Assembly: GCA_035904625.1 (NCBI GenBank)
Contig: JAMHVA010000162.1
Location: 1-30,396, forward strand
Direction of reading: 5' to 3'
From: Alphaproteobacteria bacterium
Lineage (GTDB): Bacteria; Pseudomonadota; Alphaproteobacteria; Micavibrionales; Micavibrionaceae
DNA: 30,396 nt
The translations under genes and the position numbers were made by a program. Under the pieces are notes generated by a model. It had not been told where the DNA came from and searched no databases. It was given only the letters and a program-made list of their open reading frames with translations. How positions within the stretch are numbered: position 1 is the first letter of the stretch; every line of letters starts with the position of its first letter. Positions 1 through 9,203 of the stretch are shown one piece after another.

Positions 1-479
1 CCGAATACAGAATTTTTGATGTGAATGTGACCGGTGTTTTAAACACCATATTGCCGCTGGTCCCGCGCATGATGGAACGGAAGCGCGGGCAGATCGCGAT
101 CATCAGTTCGCTTGCCGGTTACAGCGGGTGGCCCGGCGCACCCGCCTATAGCGCCAGCAAGGCAGGGGTGCGCGTCTATGGCGAGGCATTGCGCGGTACG
201 CTGGCCCGTTACAATATCGGGGTGAGTGTCGTCTGTCCGGGGTTTGTCGAATCACGCATGACGGCGGTGAACGATTATCGTATGCCCTTCTTTATGAAGG
301 TAGAAAAGGCTGCCGGGATCATTGCTTCCGGGCTTGCCGTCAACCGGGCGCGGATCGCTTTTCCATGGCCGACAGCGCTGGTTTCCGGATTGATGGGTTT
401 GTTGCCGCCGGCGCTTTCCAGCCGTCTTCTGTCAACTTTCCCGCCAAAACCGGCAATAAAACCAGACAAGCTTGCGTAA
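1..479 (+). CDS. Short-chain dehydrogenase/reductase (SDR), 5'-truncated by the window edge
   Basis: The frame is open from base 3 (EYRIFDVNVTGVLNT). It has the SDR substrate region IISSLAG, the catalytic YxxxK (YSASK) and VCPGFVES; stop TAA at 477-479. The GTG at 21 is an internal Val, not a start. Confidence 0.85.
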   Translation, partial: EYRIFDVNVTGVLNTILPLVPRMMERKRGQIAIISSLAGYSGWPGAPAYSASKAGVRVYGEALRGTLARYNIGVSVVCPGFVESRMTAVNDYRMPFFMKVEKAAGIIASGLAVNRARIAFPWPTALVSGLMGLLPPALSSRLLSTFPPKPAIKPDKLA

Positions 480-630
480 AAATGCATATGTCGTTTGCGT
501 TTTTGTCCTATTTAGAGCAATAATCCCATTCACTGATAAATAATAAGAATAAAAGCAGCTTTTCTTACTGCGTATAACCCGACGCCACAGGGATAAGATA
601 TGTGGCGGGTGTGATTTTTGAGTCTGTGAT

Positions 631-999
631 ATGGACGTTAAGGATATTGAGCGCAACATAGAAGTTGCCGTCAATTTATTGAAAGCTCTTTCAAACGAGA
701 AGAGATTGATGGTGATTTGTGCCCTGTATCAGGGCGAGAAAAGCGTCGGCGAACTGGAGGAGATCGTTGGCCTGAGCCAGTCCGCCTTATCGCAGCATTT
801 GGCCCGTCTGCGCAGGGACGGGCTTGTGAATACAAGACGCCATGCGCAAACCATTTACTATTCACTGAATGACAAGGCAACGGAGGCTGTTCTTCGTTGC
901 CTTTATGATATTTATTCCCCAGAAGAGCTGAGTTCTGGCACAGCTGCGGCCATGAATACGGTATTTCCCATCCCGGGGACTGAAGGCGAAACGGGCTGA
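631..999 (+). CDS. ArsR/SmtB family transcriptional regulator (BigR/SqrR/NolR/HlyU-like)
   Basis: LKALSNEKRLMVICAL...SVGELEEIVGLSQSALSQHLARLRRDGLVNTRRHAQTIYYSL is a typical ArsR winged HTH. Confidence 0.9.
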   Translation: MDVKDIERNIEVAVNLLKALSNEKRLMVICALYQGEKSVGELEEIVGLSQSALSQHLARLRRDGLVNTRRHAQTIYYSLNDKATEAVLRCLYDIYSPEELSSGTAAAMNTVFPIPGTEGETG

Positions 1000-1006
1000 T
1001 CCCGGT

Positions 1007-1993
1007 TTAGCTCTGATTCCTGAACCAGCGCACGCTGATCAATCTTTCAACATCACTGACTTTAAGATCTTTCAACTCATCGACCTGATGGGTTTTGACA
1101 TGCGCGCCTTGCGGCGCGTGACGATGCGGCGTGCTGTGCCGTGAGAACAGCACCAGTGACGGACATCCTGTCGGCGCGATCATATGCATCGGTCCTGTGT
1201 CGTTGCCGATAGCGCCAGCGGCGTGACGGGCCAGCAGGGCGATATCCAGCAATGATGTCCCGCCGACAAGGCTCAGGGTGTTTTTGTGAACGGTGCAGAT
1301 CTGTTCTGCCAGATCGGCTTCCTGTTGTGTGCCAATCACAACCGGCTGATATCCCCAGCCATCAACGATGCGCGCTATATGACCGTAATTTTCAGCTGGC
1401 CAGCGCTTTTCCGCGCGGCCCGGCGCACAACCGGGAACCAGCAGGACATAGGGCTTTTTCAGGCCGTGATCGTGTATGAAGCTGTCGATGTTGCCCGGCA
1501 CCCATTCAAGACGGTCAATCGTGATGTCTGTAATACCGGCCAGTGCCAGTGTCTGGATATGCCCGGCGAGCGCACTACCCGCCGTGCGTTCAGGGTTGGT
1601 GTTGCGATGGGACGCGCCAGCGGCAACGCCAACCCATTCAGGTCGTTCCTTACGAGGGAATAATTTCAGATACCATGATGTTCTGTCGTTATTCTGCAGA
1701 TCATACACGCGGGTGAAATGCCCCGCGCGCAATTTTTGGCGCAGGTCCAGCCAGCCGCCGATGTCATTCCAGCGGGGCCGTGTATCCATCCATACATGAT
1801 TGAAGTACCCGCATCCCAGACCGAAACCAACAAACGGTTTTGTCGTCAGTAATGTGATGGACGCCTGAGGATGATGGCGGCGAATGGCCTGCATCGGTCC
1901 CAGGGCCTGAACGAAGTCGCCGAGCGCTCCCAGCTTGATCACAAGGATGTTTTCTGTTTCCGGTGTATGCGCGGTTACAGATGCGCCTGTCAT
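1007..1993 (-). CDS. Glycosyltransferase family 9 (LPS heptosyltransferase-like)
   Basis: N-terminal ILVIKLGALGDFV, KRWP, and IGNDTGPMHMIA...PSLVLF motifs. The start overlaps the GT4 stop (TAATG). Confidence 0.9.
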   Translation of the reverse strand: MTGASVTAHTPETENILVIKLGALGDFVQALGPMQAIRRHHPQASITLLTTKPFVGFGLGCGYFNHVWMDTRPRWNDIGGWLDLRQKLRAGHFTRVYDLQNNDRTSWYLKLFPRKERPEWVGVAAGASHRNTNPERTAGSALAGHIQTLALAGITDITIDRLEWVPGNIDSFIHDHGLKKPYVLLVPGCAPGRAEKRWPAENYGHIARIVDGWGYQPVVIGTQQEADLAEQICTVHKNTLSLVGGTSLLDIALLARHAAGAIGNDTGPMHMIAPTGCPSLVLFSRHSTPHRHAPQGAHVKTHQVDELKDLKVSDVERLISVRWFRNQS

Positions 1994-3240
1994 TACGCTG
2001 CCGTCGCCAGATGAGAGGCTTTGTGCGCGTCCCGGGCTGTTGCCGATGATCGCATGGCCGATTCATCAAGCAGTTCACTGTATACGGCCAGTGTTTCCGC
2101 CACCATTTTCTCGCGGGTGAAATGATCGGCGATATGTGCCATCGCGCGCGTGGCCAGAATGGAGCGGTGAGAGGGATCGAGATTCAGCGCTTCGGTGATG
2201 GCCGCCGCCAGCACGGTGGCATCGTTCGGCGGCACCAGCCATCCCGTTTCGCCGCGAATAATCGTTTCGCGCGATCCGCCGTGATCGGTGGCGACAACCG
2301 GGCGGCCCATCGCCTGTGCTTCGGCGGCGATGCGGCCGAAACCTTCGGGGTCGATTGATGCGGAAACGACCACAGCGGCCATCATGTAAGCCGCCGGCAT
2401 ATCGCTGCAATGATCGACAATCCGGATCTGTCCTTCAAGGCCGCGTGATTTCACCGTGTCTTCCAGTTCCTGACGATATTCCTTCCGTCCCTGATCCGAT
2501 CCGATCAGCACGCAGATCGTATCCGGACGGTTGATGCGCGCCATCGCGTCGATCAGGACATGGTGCCCCTTCCAGCGGGTCAGGCGTCCCGGCATCATGA
2601 TGATGTTCATGCCATCCGGCAGACGCCATTCGCGCGATAATTTGATCATGCGCTCGGGCGACACGCTGACCGGGTGGAATTTTTCCAGCGCAATGCCGCG
2701 GTGAATGATGCGGATATTGCGGGGATCGACGTCATAATGTTTACGCAGGTAATCGGCAACGAAGTGCGAAATCGCGATCACACGCTCGCCCTTGGCAATC
2801 GATGCATTGTATTTCTGTTTCAGGCGGCCCCAGAAACTGTCTTTGAAATTATAGGGCGCATGGCAGGTCGTCATGAAACGGGCGTTCGTGTCCTTGCACG
2901 CCATATAGCAGCTCCATGCCGGGGCGCGGCTGCGGGCATGTACGATATCAACGCCGTGCTGTTTGATCAGCTTGTTCAGCTTGCGGGCATTGCGCCAGAT
3001 GATAAACGGGTTCTTGCTGTGAACGGGCAAATGAATATGCTGTGCGCCCGCGCGCAAAACTTCCGGCAGGCGGTAGCCGCCATTTGAAACGATGATTGCG
3101 GTGGCCCCGGCACGCACCAGTTCCGCGGCGACGTCGATACATCCTTGCTCGGCACCGCCGGCACCCAAAGCAGGAATAACCTGCATGACCACGGCCGGGC
3201 GCGCCTGCTTGCTGATTGTCGGTTCGGGGGATGATTTCAT
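1993..3240 (-). CDS. Glycosyltransferase family 4 (GT-B)
   Basis: VMQVIPALGAGGAEQG, DIVHARSRAPAW, PGRLTRWKG and EGFGRIAAEAQAMGRPVV (EX7E) motifs. Confidence 0.9.
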   Translation of the reverse strand: MKSSPEPTISKQARPAVVMQVIPALGAGGAEQGCIDVAAELVRAGATAIIVSNGGYRLPEVLRAGAQHIHLPVHSKNPFIIWRNARKLNKLIKQHGVDIVHARSRAPAWSCYMACKDTNARFMTTCHAPYNFKDSFWGRLKQKYNASIAKGERVIAISHFVADYLRKHYDVDPRNIRIIHRGIALEKFHPVSVSPERMIKLSREWRLPDGMNIIMMPGRLTRWKGHHVLIDAMARINRPDTICVLIGSDQGRKEYRQELEDTVKSRGLEGQIRIVDHCSDMPAAYMMAAVVVSASIDPEGFGRIAAEAQAMGRPVVATDHGGSRETIIRGETGWLVPPNDATVLAAAITEALNLDPSHRSILATRAMAHIADHFTREKMVAETLAVYSELLDESAMRSSATARDAHKASHLATAA

Positions 3241-3348
3241 CTGTTTTGAAGACCTTGCGCTTTCTTCAAGGATTTACCACACTCGAAGGAGGGCGGATAT
3301 AAAAAACCGGCCATTTATCTGCGTTTTTTGGGGATTTCAGAGAGATTT

Positions 3349-4116
3349 ATGACGACACAACCGGAATTTCTGCGCCGTAACGGCGCGCCTGCCCTGGCCT
3401 ACCGCCGTTTCGTGCCAGCCGAATCAAGCCTGCCCGGGGTCGTCTTTCTGGGCGGATTTCGTTCCGATATGGAGGGCAGCAAAGCCCTGTTTCTCGATGA
3501 TGCCTGCCGCCAGCGGCAGCAGCCCTTCCTGCGCTTCGACTACCGCGGCCATGGGTCATCGGAAGGGGATTTTGAAGCAGGAACCATCGGGCTGTGGTTC
3601 CAGGATGCGCTCGCTGTCATTGATGAGTTGACATCCGGGCCGCTGATCCTTGTCGGGTCTTCAATGGGCGGGTGGATTTCATTGCTGGCGGCGCGGGCGC
3701 GGCCCGACAGGGTAAGGGGTTTTGTCGGGATTGCCGCCGCCCCTGATTTCACGCGCGATATGTGGAACACCATGACCGAGGACCAGCGCAAAATCTTGAT
3801 CGATCAGGGCATATTACGCGTGCCCAATCATTACAGCGATGATCCGTATGTGATTACCAAAGCCTTGATCGATGACGGGCCGTCGCATTTTGTTCTGGAA
3901 TCGCCGCTGGATCTAAAAATTCCTGTGCGGCTGGTGCAGGGGATGAAAGACATGGATGTGCCGTGGCAGACGGCTTTTCGCATCCGCAAGGCCATCGAGT
4001 CACCGGGGGTCTGTGATGTGGAGGTGTTGCTGGTCGAAGAGGGCAATCATCGCCTGAGCCGCCCGCAGGATCTGGACCTGATCGATTCCCAGATTCGGGC
4101 GCTGAGCGGGCTGTAA
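3349..4116 (+). CDS. Alpha/beta hydrolase (ABHD10-like)
   Basis: GGFRSDMEGSKA, FDYRGHG, nucleophile elbow GSSMGG and C-terminal His in EGNHRLS. ATG at 3349 is preferred over the 3328 start in the track. Confidence 0.85.
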   Translation: MTTQPEFLRRNGAPALAYRRFVPAESSLPGVVFLGGFRSDMEGSKALFLDDACRQRQQPFLRFDYRGHGSSEGDFEAGTIGLWFQDALAVIDELTSGPLILVGSSMGGWISLLAARARPDRVRGFVGIAAAPDFTRDMWNTMTEDQRKILIDQGILRVPNHYSDDPYVITKALIDDGPSHFVLESPLDLKIPVRLVQGMKDMDVPWQTAFRIRKAIESPGVCDVEVLLVEEGNHRLSRPQDLDLIDSQIRALSGL

Positions 4117-4533
4117 TCAGTGGCGGTTATACTTGGTCTGTTTGCGCGGGGCGTCGCCCAGATCGGCTTTATAGGAGAAACCCTTGGGCCCCCGGCTTTT
4201 CCCTGATTTTATCCAGCCATTGCCCTGATAAGGCCCCCAGCCGAACATTTTGCGCAGCACGACAATAGGTAAGGCTATGTAAATTGGAAACAGGGCAGCG
4301 ACAACCGTTTTCAGGCTCATGATCGGTTTTATGAGGACCTCCCAGAGGCCGGGATCGATGGATTCCTTAAAGGTGCGGAATGTTTCTTCGCTATAGGTCA
4401 GCCACAGCCAGCCTACGGATGACAGCTCCAGCGGTTTGCTGAAATCAAGGGTTTCACCATAGGCCAGATACAAATCAAAGCCCAAAGCCGCCAGCGCCGG
4501 CAACGACAGAAAGAAAAAAAGCGCAAATAACAT
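4117..4533 (-). CDS. Hypothetical membrane protein
   Basis: Two hydrophobic segments and a basic C-tail. ATG at 4533 follows a G-rich SD-like stretch. It fills the gap between the hydrolase and the tRNA promoter; I recognise no family. Confidence 0.6.
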   Translation of the reverse strand: MLFALFFFLSLPALAALGFDLYLAYGETLDFSKPLELSSVGWLWLTYSEETFRTFKESIDPGLWEVLIKPIMSLKTVVAALFPIYIALPIVVLRKMFGWGPYQGNGWIKSGKSRGPKGFSYKADLGDAPRKQTKYNRH

Positions 4534-4649
4534 GGAGTCCCCCACCCGAATTAACCAACCCATTCTAACACCGGGGGTTTTCCTGACAATGGGGTAGTCA
4601 TCTCGATTTTTGCCCCATTTCGATACAAAAAGACCTAAAATCTTAAGGC

Positions 4650-4678
4650 TTGCACTTTTCCCTTCATCCGACTAGGTT
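4650..4678 (+). promoter_or_regulatory. Putative sigma70 promoter of tRNA-Ser
   Basis: TTGCAC (4650-4655), a 17-nt spacer, then TAGGTT (4673-4678), about 100 nt upstream of the tRNA. Confidence 0.5.
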
Positions 4679-4777
4679 TCTGGCCTGTTTCCCGTTGCGG
4701 ACAGGTGGTCCTAGTGCACGCGCGCGAAAGCGCGCCAAACACACAAAACCGGCTTGTTTGCAGGGATATAGTTTTAA

Positions 4778-4868
4778 GGACAGGTGGCCGAGTGGTTGAA
4801 GGCGCACGCCTGGAAAGTGTGTATACGCCAAAAGCGTATCGCGGGTTCGAATCCCGCCCTGTCCGCCA
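4778..4868 (+). tRNA. tRNA-Ser(GGA)
   Basis: Acceptor stem GGACAGG/CCTGTCC, discriminator G, encoded CCA; anticodon arm CACGC-CTGGAAA-GTGTG (GGA at 4812-4814); long variable arm; T-loop GTTCGAATC. Confidence 0.98.
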
Positions 4869-4886
4869 TCTTGATTTTTTCCGGCC

Positions 4887-5900
4887 ATGACAACGAATCA
4901 AGTCACATCCCCTTCTTCAGACCCGGTCCTTGTTACGGGGGCGGCGGGGTTTATCGGCTTTCATACGGCGGTTTCGCTACTGAATGCGGGTCGGGCTGTT
5001 GTCGGAATCGATAATTTCAGCCCGTATTATGATGTAGGCCTAAAACGCGCCCGGCTGGCGCAGCTGCAAAAATACCCATCATTCCGGTTCGTTCAACTGG
5101 ATATCTCGGATCGTCTGGCGATGGAACGGCTGTGGGTTGCGGAAGGTCCGTTTGCCGATGTTATCCATCTGGCGGCGCAACCGGGCGTGCGCTATTCGTT
5201 GCAGAATCCGTATGAATACGTGATGACGAATTGCATGGGCCACCTGACTGTGCTGGAAATGTGCCGTCATACGCCGAATTTCCGCCATCTGGTCTATGCC
5301 AGCTCGTCTTCTGTTTATGGCGGTAACCGCAAATTGCCGTTCTCGGTTCAGGATGATGTCAGTCACCCTGTATCATTGTATGCCGCGACGAAACGCAGTG
5401 ATGAACTGATGAGCCAGAGTTACAGTCATCTTTACGATCTGCCGCAGACTGGCTTGCGTTTTTTCACGGTCTATGGCCCCTGGGGACGCCCCGACATGTC
5501 GCCGTTTATTTTTGCTGATGCTATCGCGCACGGAAAGAAGCTGCCTGTCTTTAACCATGGCAACATGAAACGCGATTACACCTATATCGATGATATCGTG
5601 AGCGGCGTCGTGGCGACGCTGGCAAAACCGCCTGTGCGATCGGGTGATGATGCACCACACCGCATCCTGAATATCGGCAATTGCAAAAGCGAAAACCTGA
5701 TGGATTTCATTCGCACGATGGAAACAGCCATGAATCGCAAAGCTGATATTGAATTTAAAGATATGCAGCCGGGCGATGTGCATGAAACATTTGCCGATAT
5801 CGGCGAAACAACGGCGCTGACCGGTTTTGTCCCGTCGACATCGATTGTCGAAGGGATTCCCCGTTTTGTCGCGTGGTACAAGGATTATTACAAGGTTTAG
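4887..5900 (+). CDS. NAD-dependent epimerase, UDP-glucuronate 4-epimerase-like
   Basis: VTGAAGFIG Rossmann motif, HLAAQPGVRYS, ASSSSVYG, YAATK, LRFFTVYGPWGRPDM and RDYTYIDDIV. Confidence 0.9.
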   Translation: MTTNQVTSPSSDPVLVTGAAGFIGFHTAVSLLNAGRAVVGIDNFSPYYDVGLKRARLAQLQKYPSFRFVQLDISDRLAMERLWVAEGPFADVIHLAAQPGVRYSLQNPYEYVMTNCMGHLTVLEMCRHTPNFRHLVYASSSSVYGGNRKLPFSVQDDVSHPVSLYAATKRSDELMSQSYSHLYDLPQTGLRFFTVYGPWGRPDMSPFIFADAIAHGKKLPVFNHGNMKRDYTYIDDIVSGVVATLAKPPVRSGDDAPHRILNIGNCKSENLMDFIRTMETAMNRKADIEFKDMQPGDVHETFADIGETTALTGFVPSTSIVEGIPRFVAWYKDYYKV

Positions 5901-7012
5901 GTGTCGCGGTCGTCTTTTCCGCCGTGCCTAAGTCCGATCCAGCCGCGGCGCTTGAAGAATACAAGCAAACCCAGCGCGACCGTCAGCATCAAACCCAGCG
6001 CGAATGGATATCCATACACCCATTCCAGTTCCGGCATGTTGAACTTTGATATGCTGGTATCGAAATTCATGCCGTAAACGCTGGCGATGAAGCTTAAAGG
6101 GATGAAAATTGTTGCGATGACAGTCAGAATCCGCATCGTTTCGTTCATCTGGTTATTGATGCTGGACAGGTAAATATCGATCAGCCCCGATGCGCGTTCG
6201 CGGTCCATTTCCAGCAGATCAAGCACATTGATGACATGATCGTGACAATCGCGCAGATACAGCTTGGTGTCGTCATTCATCAAATCATGATCGTTATCCA
6301 GCGTGGCGATGACCTCGCGCAAGGGCCATGTCGCATGGCGGAGTGTTTGCAGTTCGCGCTTGATGCGGTGCGTGTCGGCGATGATCGATTTGTCGGGTTT
6401 GCTGATCACCTTGTCTTCCAGCGTGCTGATCGTATCGCTGAAATATTCCAGAATGGGGAAATATCCATCGATGGTGGCGTCGAGTATCGCATAAGCCAGA
6501 TAATCCGGTCCGGCCTTGCGGATGGTCCGGCCTTTGCCGCGGCGCAGGCGGTTGCGTACAGGTTCCAGAACGTCGCCATCAGGTCGTTCCTGAAAGGTCA
6601 GGATATAATTTCTGCCGATGAACATGCTGATCTGTTCGACATCCAGATGCTCTTCGTTTTTGCGCAGCATGTGCGCGACGATGAAAATCTGCCGGTCGTA
6701 ATCTTCGGCCTTGGCGCGGTGATGGACATTCAGAACATCTTCCAGCGCCAGCGGGTGCAATTCGAAAATCTCACCGATCCGGCTCAGCGTATCGACCGAT
6801 CCCAGTCCGTCTACATTGATCCATGTTACCGGCCATTGCTGCAGGCAAGGGGGGATTTCATCCGGGCCGTTCAGTCTTCTCTCGATCATGTCCTCGCCGT
6901 TATAGGCAATGACGGTGATCGTTGATGCATGTTCGTTTGCCGGTGTCAGCGTTCCGGGAGCGATGCCCGGCGTGTCGTGGTGACGGTGGCGTGATTTTTT
7001 CCGGCGGCTCAT
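5897..7012 (-). CDS. corA: Magnesium/cobalt transporter CorA
   Basis: TWINVDGL, HPLALEDV, MNETMRILTVIATIFIPLSFIASVYGMNF (GMN signature) and MPEL. Start set at ATG 7012 (SD AAGGA); the 7156 start in the track overlaps the antiporter. Confidence 0.93.
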   Translation of the reverse strand: MSRRKKSRHRHHDTPGIAPGTLTPANEHASTITVIAYNGEDMIERRLNGPDEIPPCLQQWPVTWINVDGLGSVDTLSRIGEIFELHPLALEDVLNVHHRAKAEDYDRQIFIVAHMLRKNEEHLDVEQISMFIGRNYILTFQERPDGDVLEPVRNRLRRGKGRTIRKAGPDYLAYAILDATIDGYFPILEYFSDTISTLEDKVISKPDKSIIADTHRIKRELQTLRHATWPLREVIATLDNDHDLMNDDTKLYLRDCHDHVINVLDLLEMDRERASGLIDIYLSSINNQMNETMRILTVIATIFIPLSFIASVYGMNFDTSISKFNMPELEWVYGYPFALGLMLTVALGLLVFFKRRGWIGLRHGGKDDRDT

Positions 7013-7032
7013 GAGGTGTCCTTCAACCTTGT

Positions 7033-8295
7033 TCAGGGTTGATTTGACGACACTGACTGCTTTTGTGCAAGGAGTTTCCTGTGCTTGCGTATGCGCGCCA
7101 GCCTGTAAACCCGGCCCCGGCGCAGCAGATCCATGCGGCGCATCGCATAAGTCCAAAGCGGGGTCATGATCAGGCTGAGGGCGATGATGGCGACGACATA
7201 TTTGTAGGCTTCGGGCAGGATCGCCTGAGAACTTAAGCCCAGGGCTGCCAACACGAACGAAAATTCCCCGGCCTGCCCCAGTGTCGCGCCAATCATGATC
7301 GCATGGCGGCGGGACAGGCCCAGCATACGCAGAATCGTGATATTGAAAATGGTTTTCAGGAACAGCAGCGCAAACAGAACCAGTGAAATCGACAGCAGGT
7401 GCTCAAGGATAAAATCGAAATCCAGCATAATCCCGACCGACAGGAAGAAAATCATCATCAACAGGTCGAAGATGGGTCGAATTTCCTCTTCATACGCTTC
7501 ACGTTTATGCGTACTGCCGATGGCCAGGCCCGCCAGGAACGCGCCATATGACGCCGACAGACCGGCGGCCCCTGACAAGGCCGCTGCCGTAAAGCAGATA
7601 GTCAAGGCGACCAGAACCGTCTGGCCGCTGTCGGAGAAGGTCGGCACTTTAAATTTGGAGAACTTGATCGGGCCGATATCCTTGCCGCTCAGGGCAAAAA
7701 TGATCAGAACCATGAAGGCCGACGCGCCGATAATCCGCCCAACATCCTCAATCTCGACAAGGAAGCCGCCGCTCGCTTCATTCAGTGCGCTGATAATCAG
7801 CAGCATCGGGATCACGGCCAGATCCTGCGCCACCAGAATTCCGAGCGTCATGCGGCCCATCGGTGTATCGCTTTCGCCCATATCCTCCAGCAATTTAATG
7901 GCAACAGCCGTACTGCTCAGCGATACGGCGAACCCTAACAGGATGATCTTGTTGATATGCCAGTCAAATGCCCAGCCGATGGCGGCGACGGCGGCGACCC
8001 CGGCGACGATCTGCAAAACGGTCGTGCTGATGGCGATTTTGAATACTTCGGTGAAGCGGTGAACATCGAGCTCCATCCCGATGATGAACAGCAGGAGCAG
8101 AATACCCAGTTCCGAGAGGAAGGAAATTTCACCGCCGTTATTGACCAGTCCCAGAACAGACGGTCCCAGTATCATGCCGACAATAATGTAGCCGATAATC
8201 GCGGGCTGGCCGAACCGCTTCAGAAGGCTGCCACCCGCAAACGTCGCGGCAAGGACAACGGCAATCTGTGAAAGGTTGGAGGCATGATCTTCCAA
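7033..8295 (-). CDS. Cation:proton antiporter, CPA2 (Kef/RosB-like) family, no C-terminal KTN domain
   Basis: Highly hydrophobic; GILLLLFIIGMELD, SLSSTAVAIKLL, GILVAQDLAVIP and LGQAGEFSFVL motifs; TTG start. Confidence 0.85.
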   Translation of the reverse strand: MEDHASNLSQIAVVLAATFAGGSLLKRFGQPAIIGYIIVGMILGPSVLGLVNNGGEISFLSELGILLLLFIIGMELDVHRFTEVFKIAISTTVLQIVAGVAAVAAIGWAFDWHINKIILLGFAVSLSSTAVAIKLLEDMGESDTPMGRMTLGILVAQDLAVIPMLLIISALNEASGGFLVEIEDVGRIIGASAFMVLIIFALSGKDIGPIKFSKFKVPTFSDSGQTVLVALTICFTAAALSGAAGLSASYGAFLAGLAIGSTHKREAYEEEIRPIFDLLMMIFFLSVGIMLDFDFILEHLLSISLVLFALLFLKTIFNITILRMLGLSRRHAIMIGATLGQAGEFSFVLAALGLSSQAILPEAYKYVVAIIALSLIMTPLWTYAMRRMDLLRRGRVYRLARIRKHRKLLAQKQSVSSNQP

Positions 8296-8339
8296 GCGAT
8301 GTTACCCCCCTTGGGTCAGGCGTGTTTTATCAAGAATTA

Positions 8340-9203
8340 TTATGAAGATTCGTGATCAATGGTGCCATCACTTTTTTCGTTCTTGGCGATGTGAACGGCA
8401 GACAGGAATGAAACGGTTATGGCCTGGCCTAAGCGCGCGATGTCGCGCGTGGGAATGAACAGACGAACATTATAGATGTGATGGCCGAGATCGGACGTCC
8501 GCAGGCCGAATTGCGGCTGGATCGACGGCAGTTCCGTACCTGATTTGCGGATCATACGCTGGTGATAGGAATCGGCGGCTTCCAGCAACGGGGCATAGTG
8601 TTCCGTCACGATGTTCTGCAGGGCGTCCATAAATCGCGAGGGATCAGAATCGGCAACCGGAACGGCAATATTGATGTCGTGATACAGGTAGGATTTATTG
8701 AAATTCAGGTTCTCTATCATACTGGTGAAGAACCGGCTGTTGGGAATTTCAATCGTATGCCCGGTCAACTGATAGGTTTTTCCCACCATGTCGATTTCCT
8801 GTACCCGGAAAGAGAACGGATTGACGTCGATGACCTCGCCCGAGATACCGTCAATGGTGATCCAGTCGCCGACGACGAAAGGCCTTGTCGAGGCCCGCAT
8901 GAAGGCGCCGCTCAGGCACAGGATCATTTCCTTGGTGGCGACCACCAGCGCAACGGCAACAGCGGCCAGCGACAGGGCCAGCGTGCGCAGCTGCGGCGCC
9001 CAGATCAGGATCAGCCCTAAAATCAGCAGAATCAGCACGCCATTGCGAATCCGGCTCAGCCAACGGCGTTGTTCCTTGTTCAGGATTTCCGAGCGGTTGC
9101 GCACGGCGCGGGTCAGGAAATAGCGGGCCGTCAGCAGCGTGGCCATCAGCAGGCCACTGGTAAAGATCGGTTCGGCAATCAGCGTGACGGGAAAAGTTTG
9201 CAT
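8340..9203 (-). CDS. Small-conductance mechanosensitive channel (MscS family)
   Basis: Three TM segments, then RPFVVGDWITIDGISGEVIDV and IEIPNSRF motifs. Confidence 0.85.
   Translation of the reverse strand: MQTFPVTLIAEPIFTSGLLMATLLTARYFLTRAVRNRSEILNKEQRRWLSRIRNGVLILLILGLILIWAPQLRTLALSLAAVAVALVVATKEMILCLSGAFMRASTRPFVVGDWITIDGISGEVIDVNPFSFRVQEIDMVGKTYQLTGHTIEIPNSRFFTSMIENLNFNKSYLYHDINIAVPVADSDPSRFMDALQNIVTEHYAPLLEAADSYHQRMIRKSGTELPSIQPQFGLRTSDLGHHIYNVRLFIPTRDIARLGQAITVSFLSAVHIAKNEKSDGTIDHESS

Noticed and set aside
4778-5900. tRNA-Ser as the integration site of a genomic island
   Set aside because: I saw no duplicated tRNA 3' end (att), no integrase and no evident composition shift.
7013-7156. 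N-terminal extension of CorA, or a frameshift fusing CPA2 to CorA
   Set aside because: There is a good SD at ATG 7012, the extension has no recognisable sequence, and I saw no slippery site.
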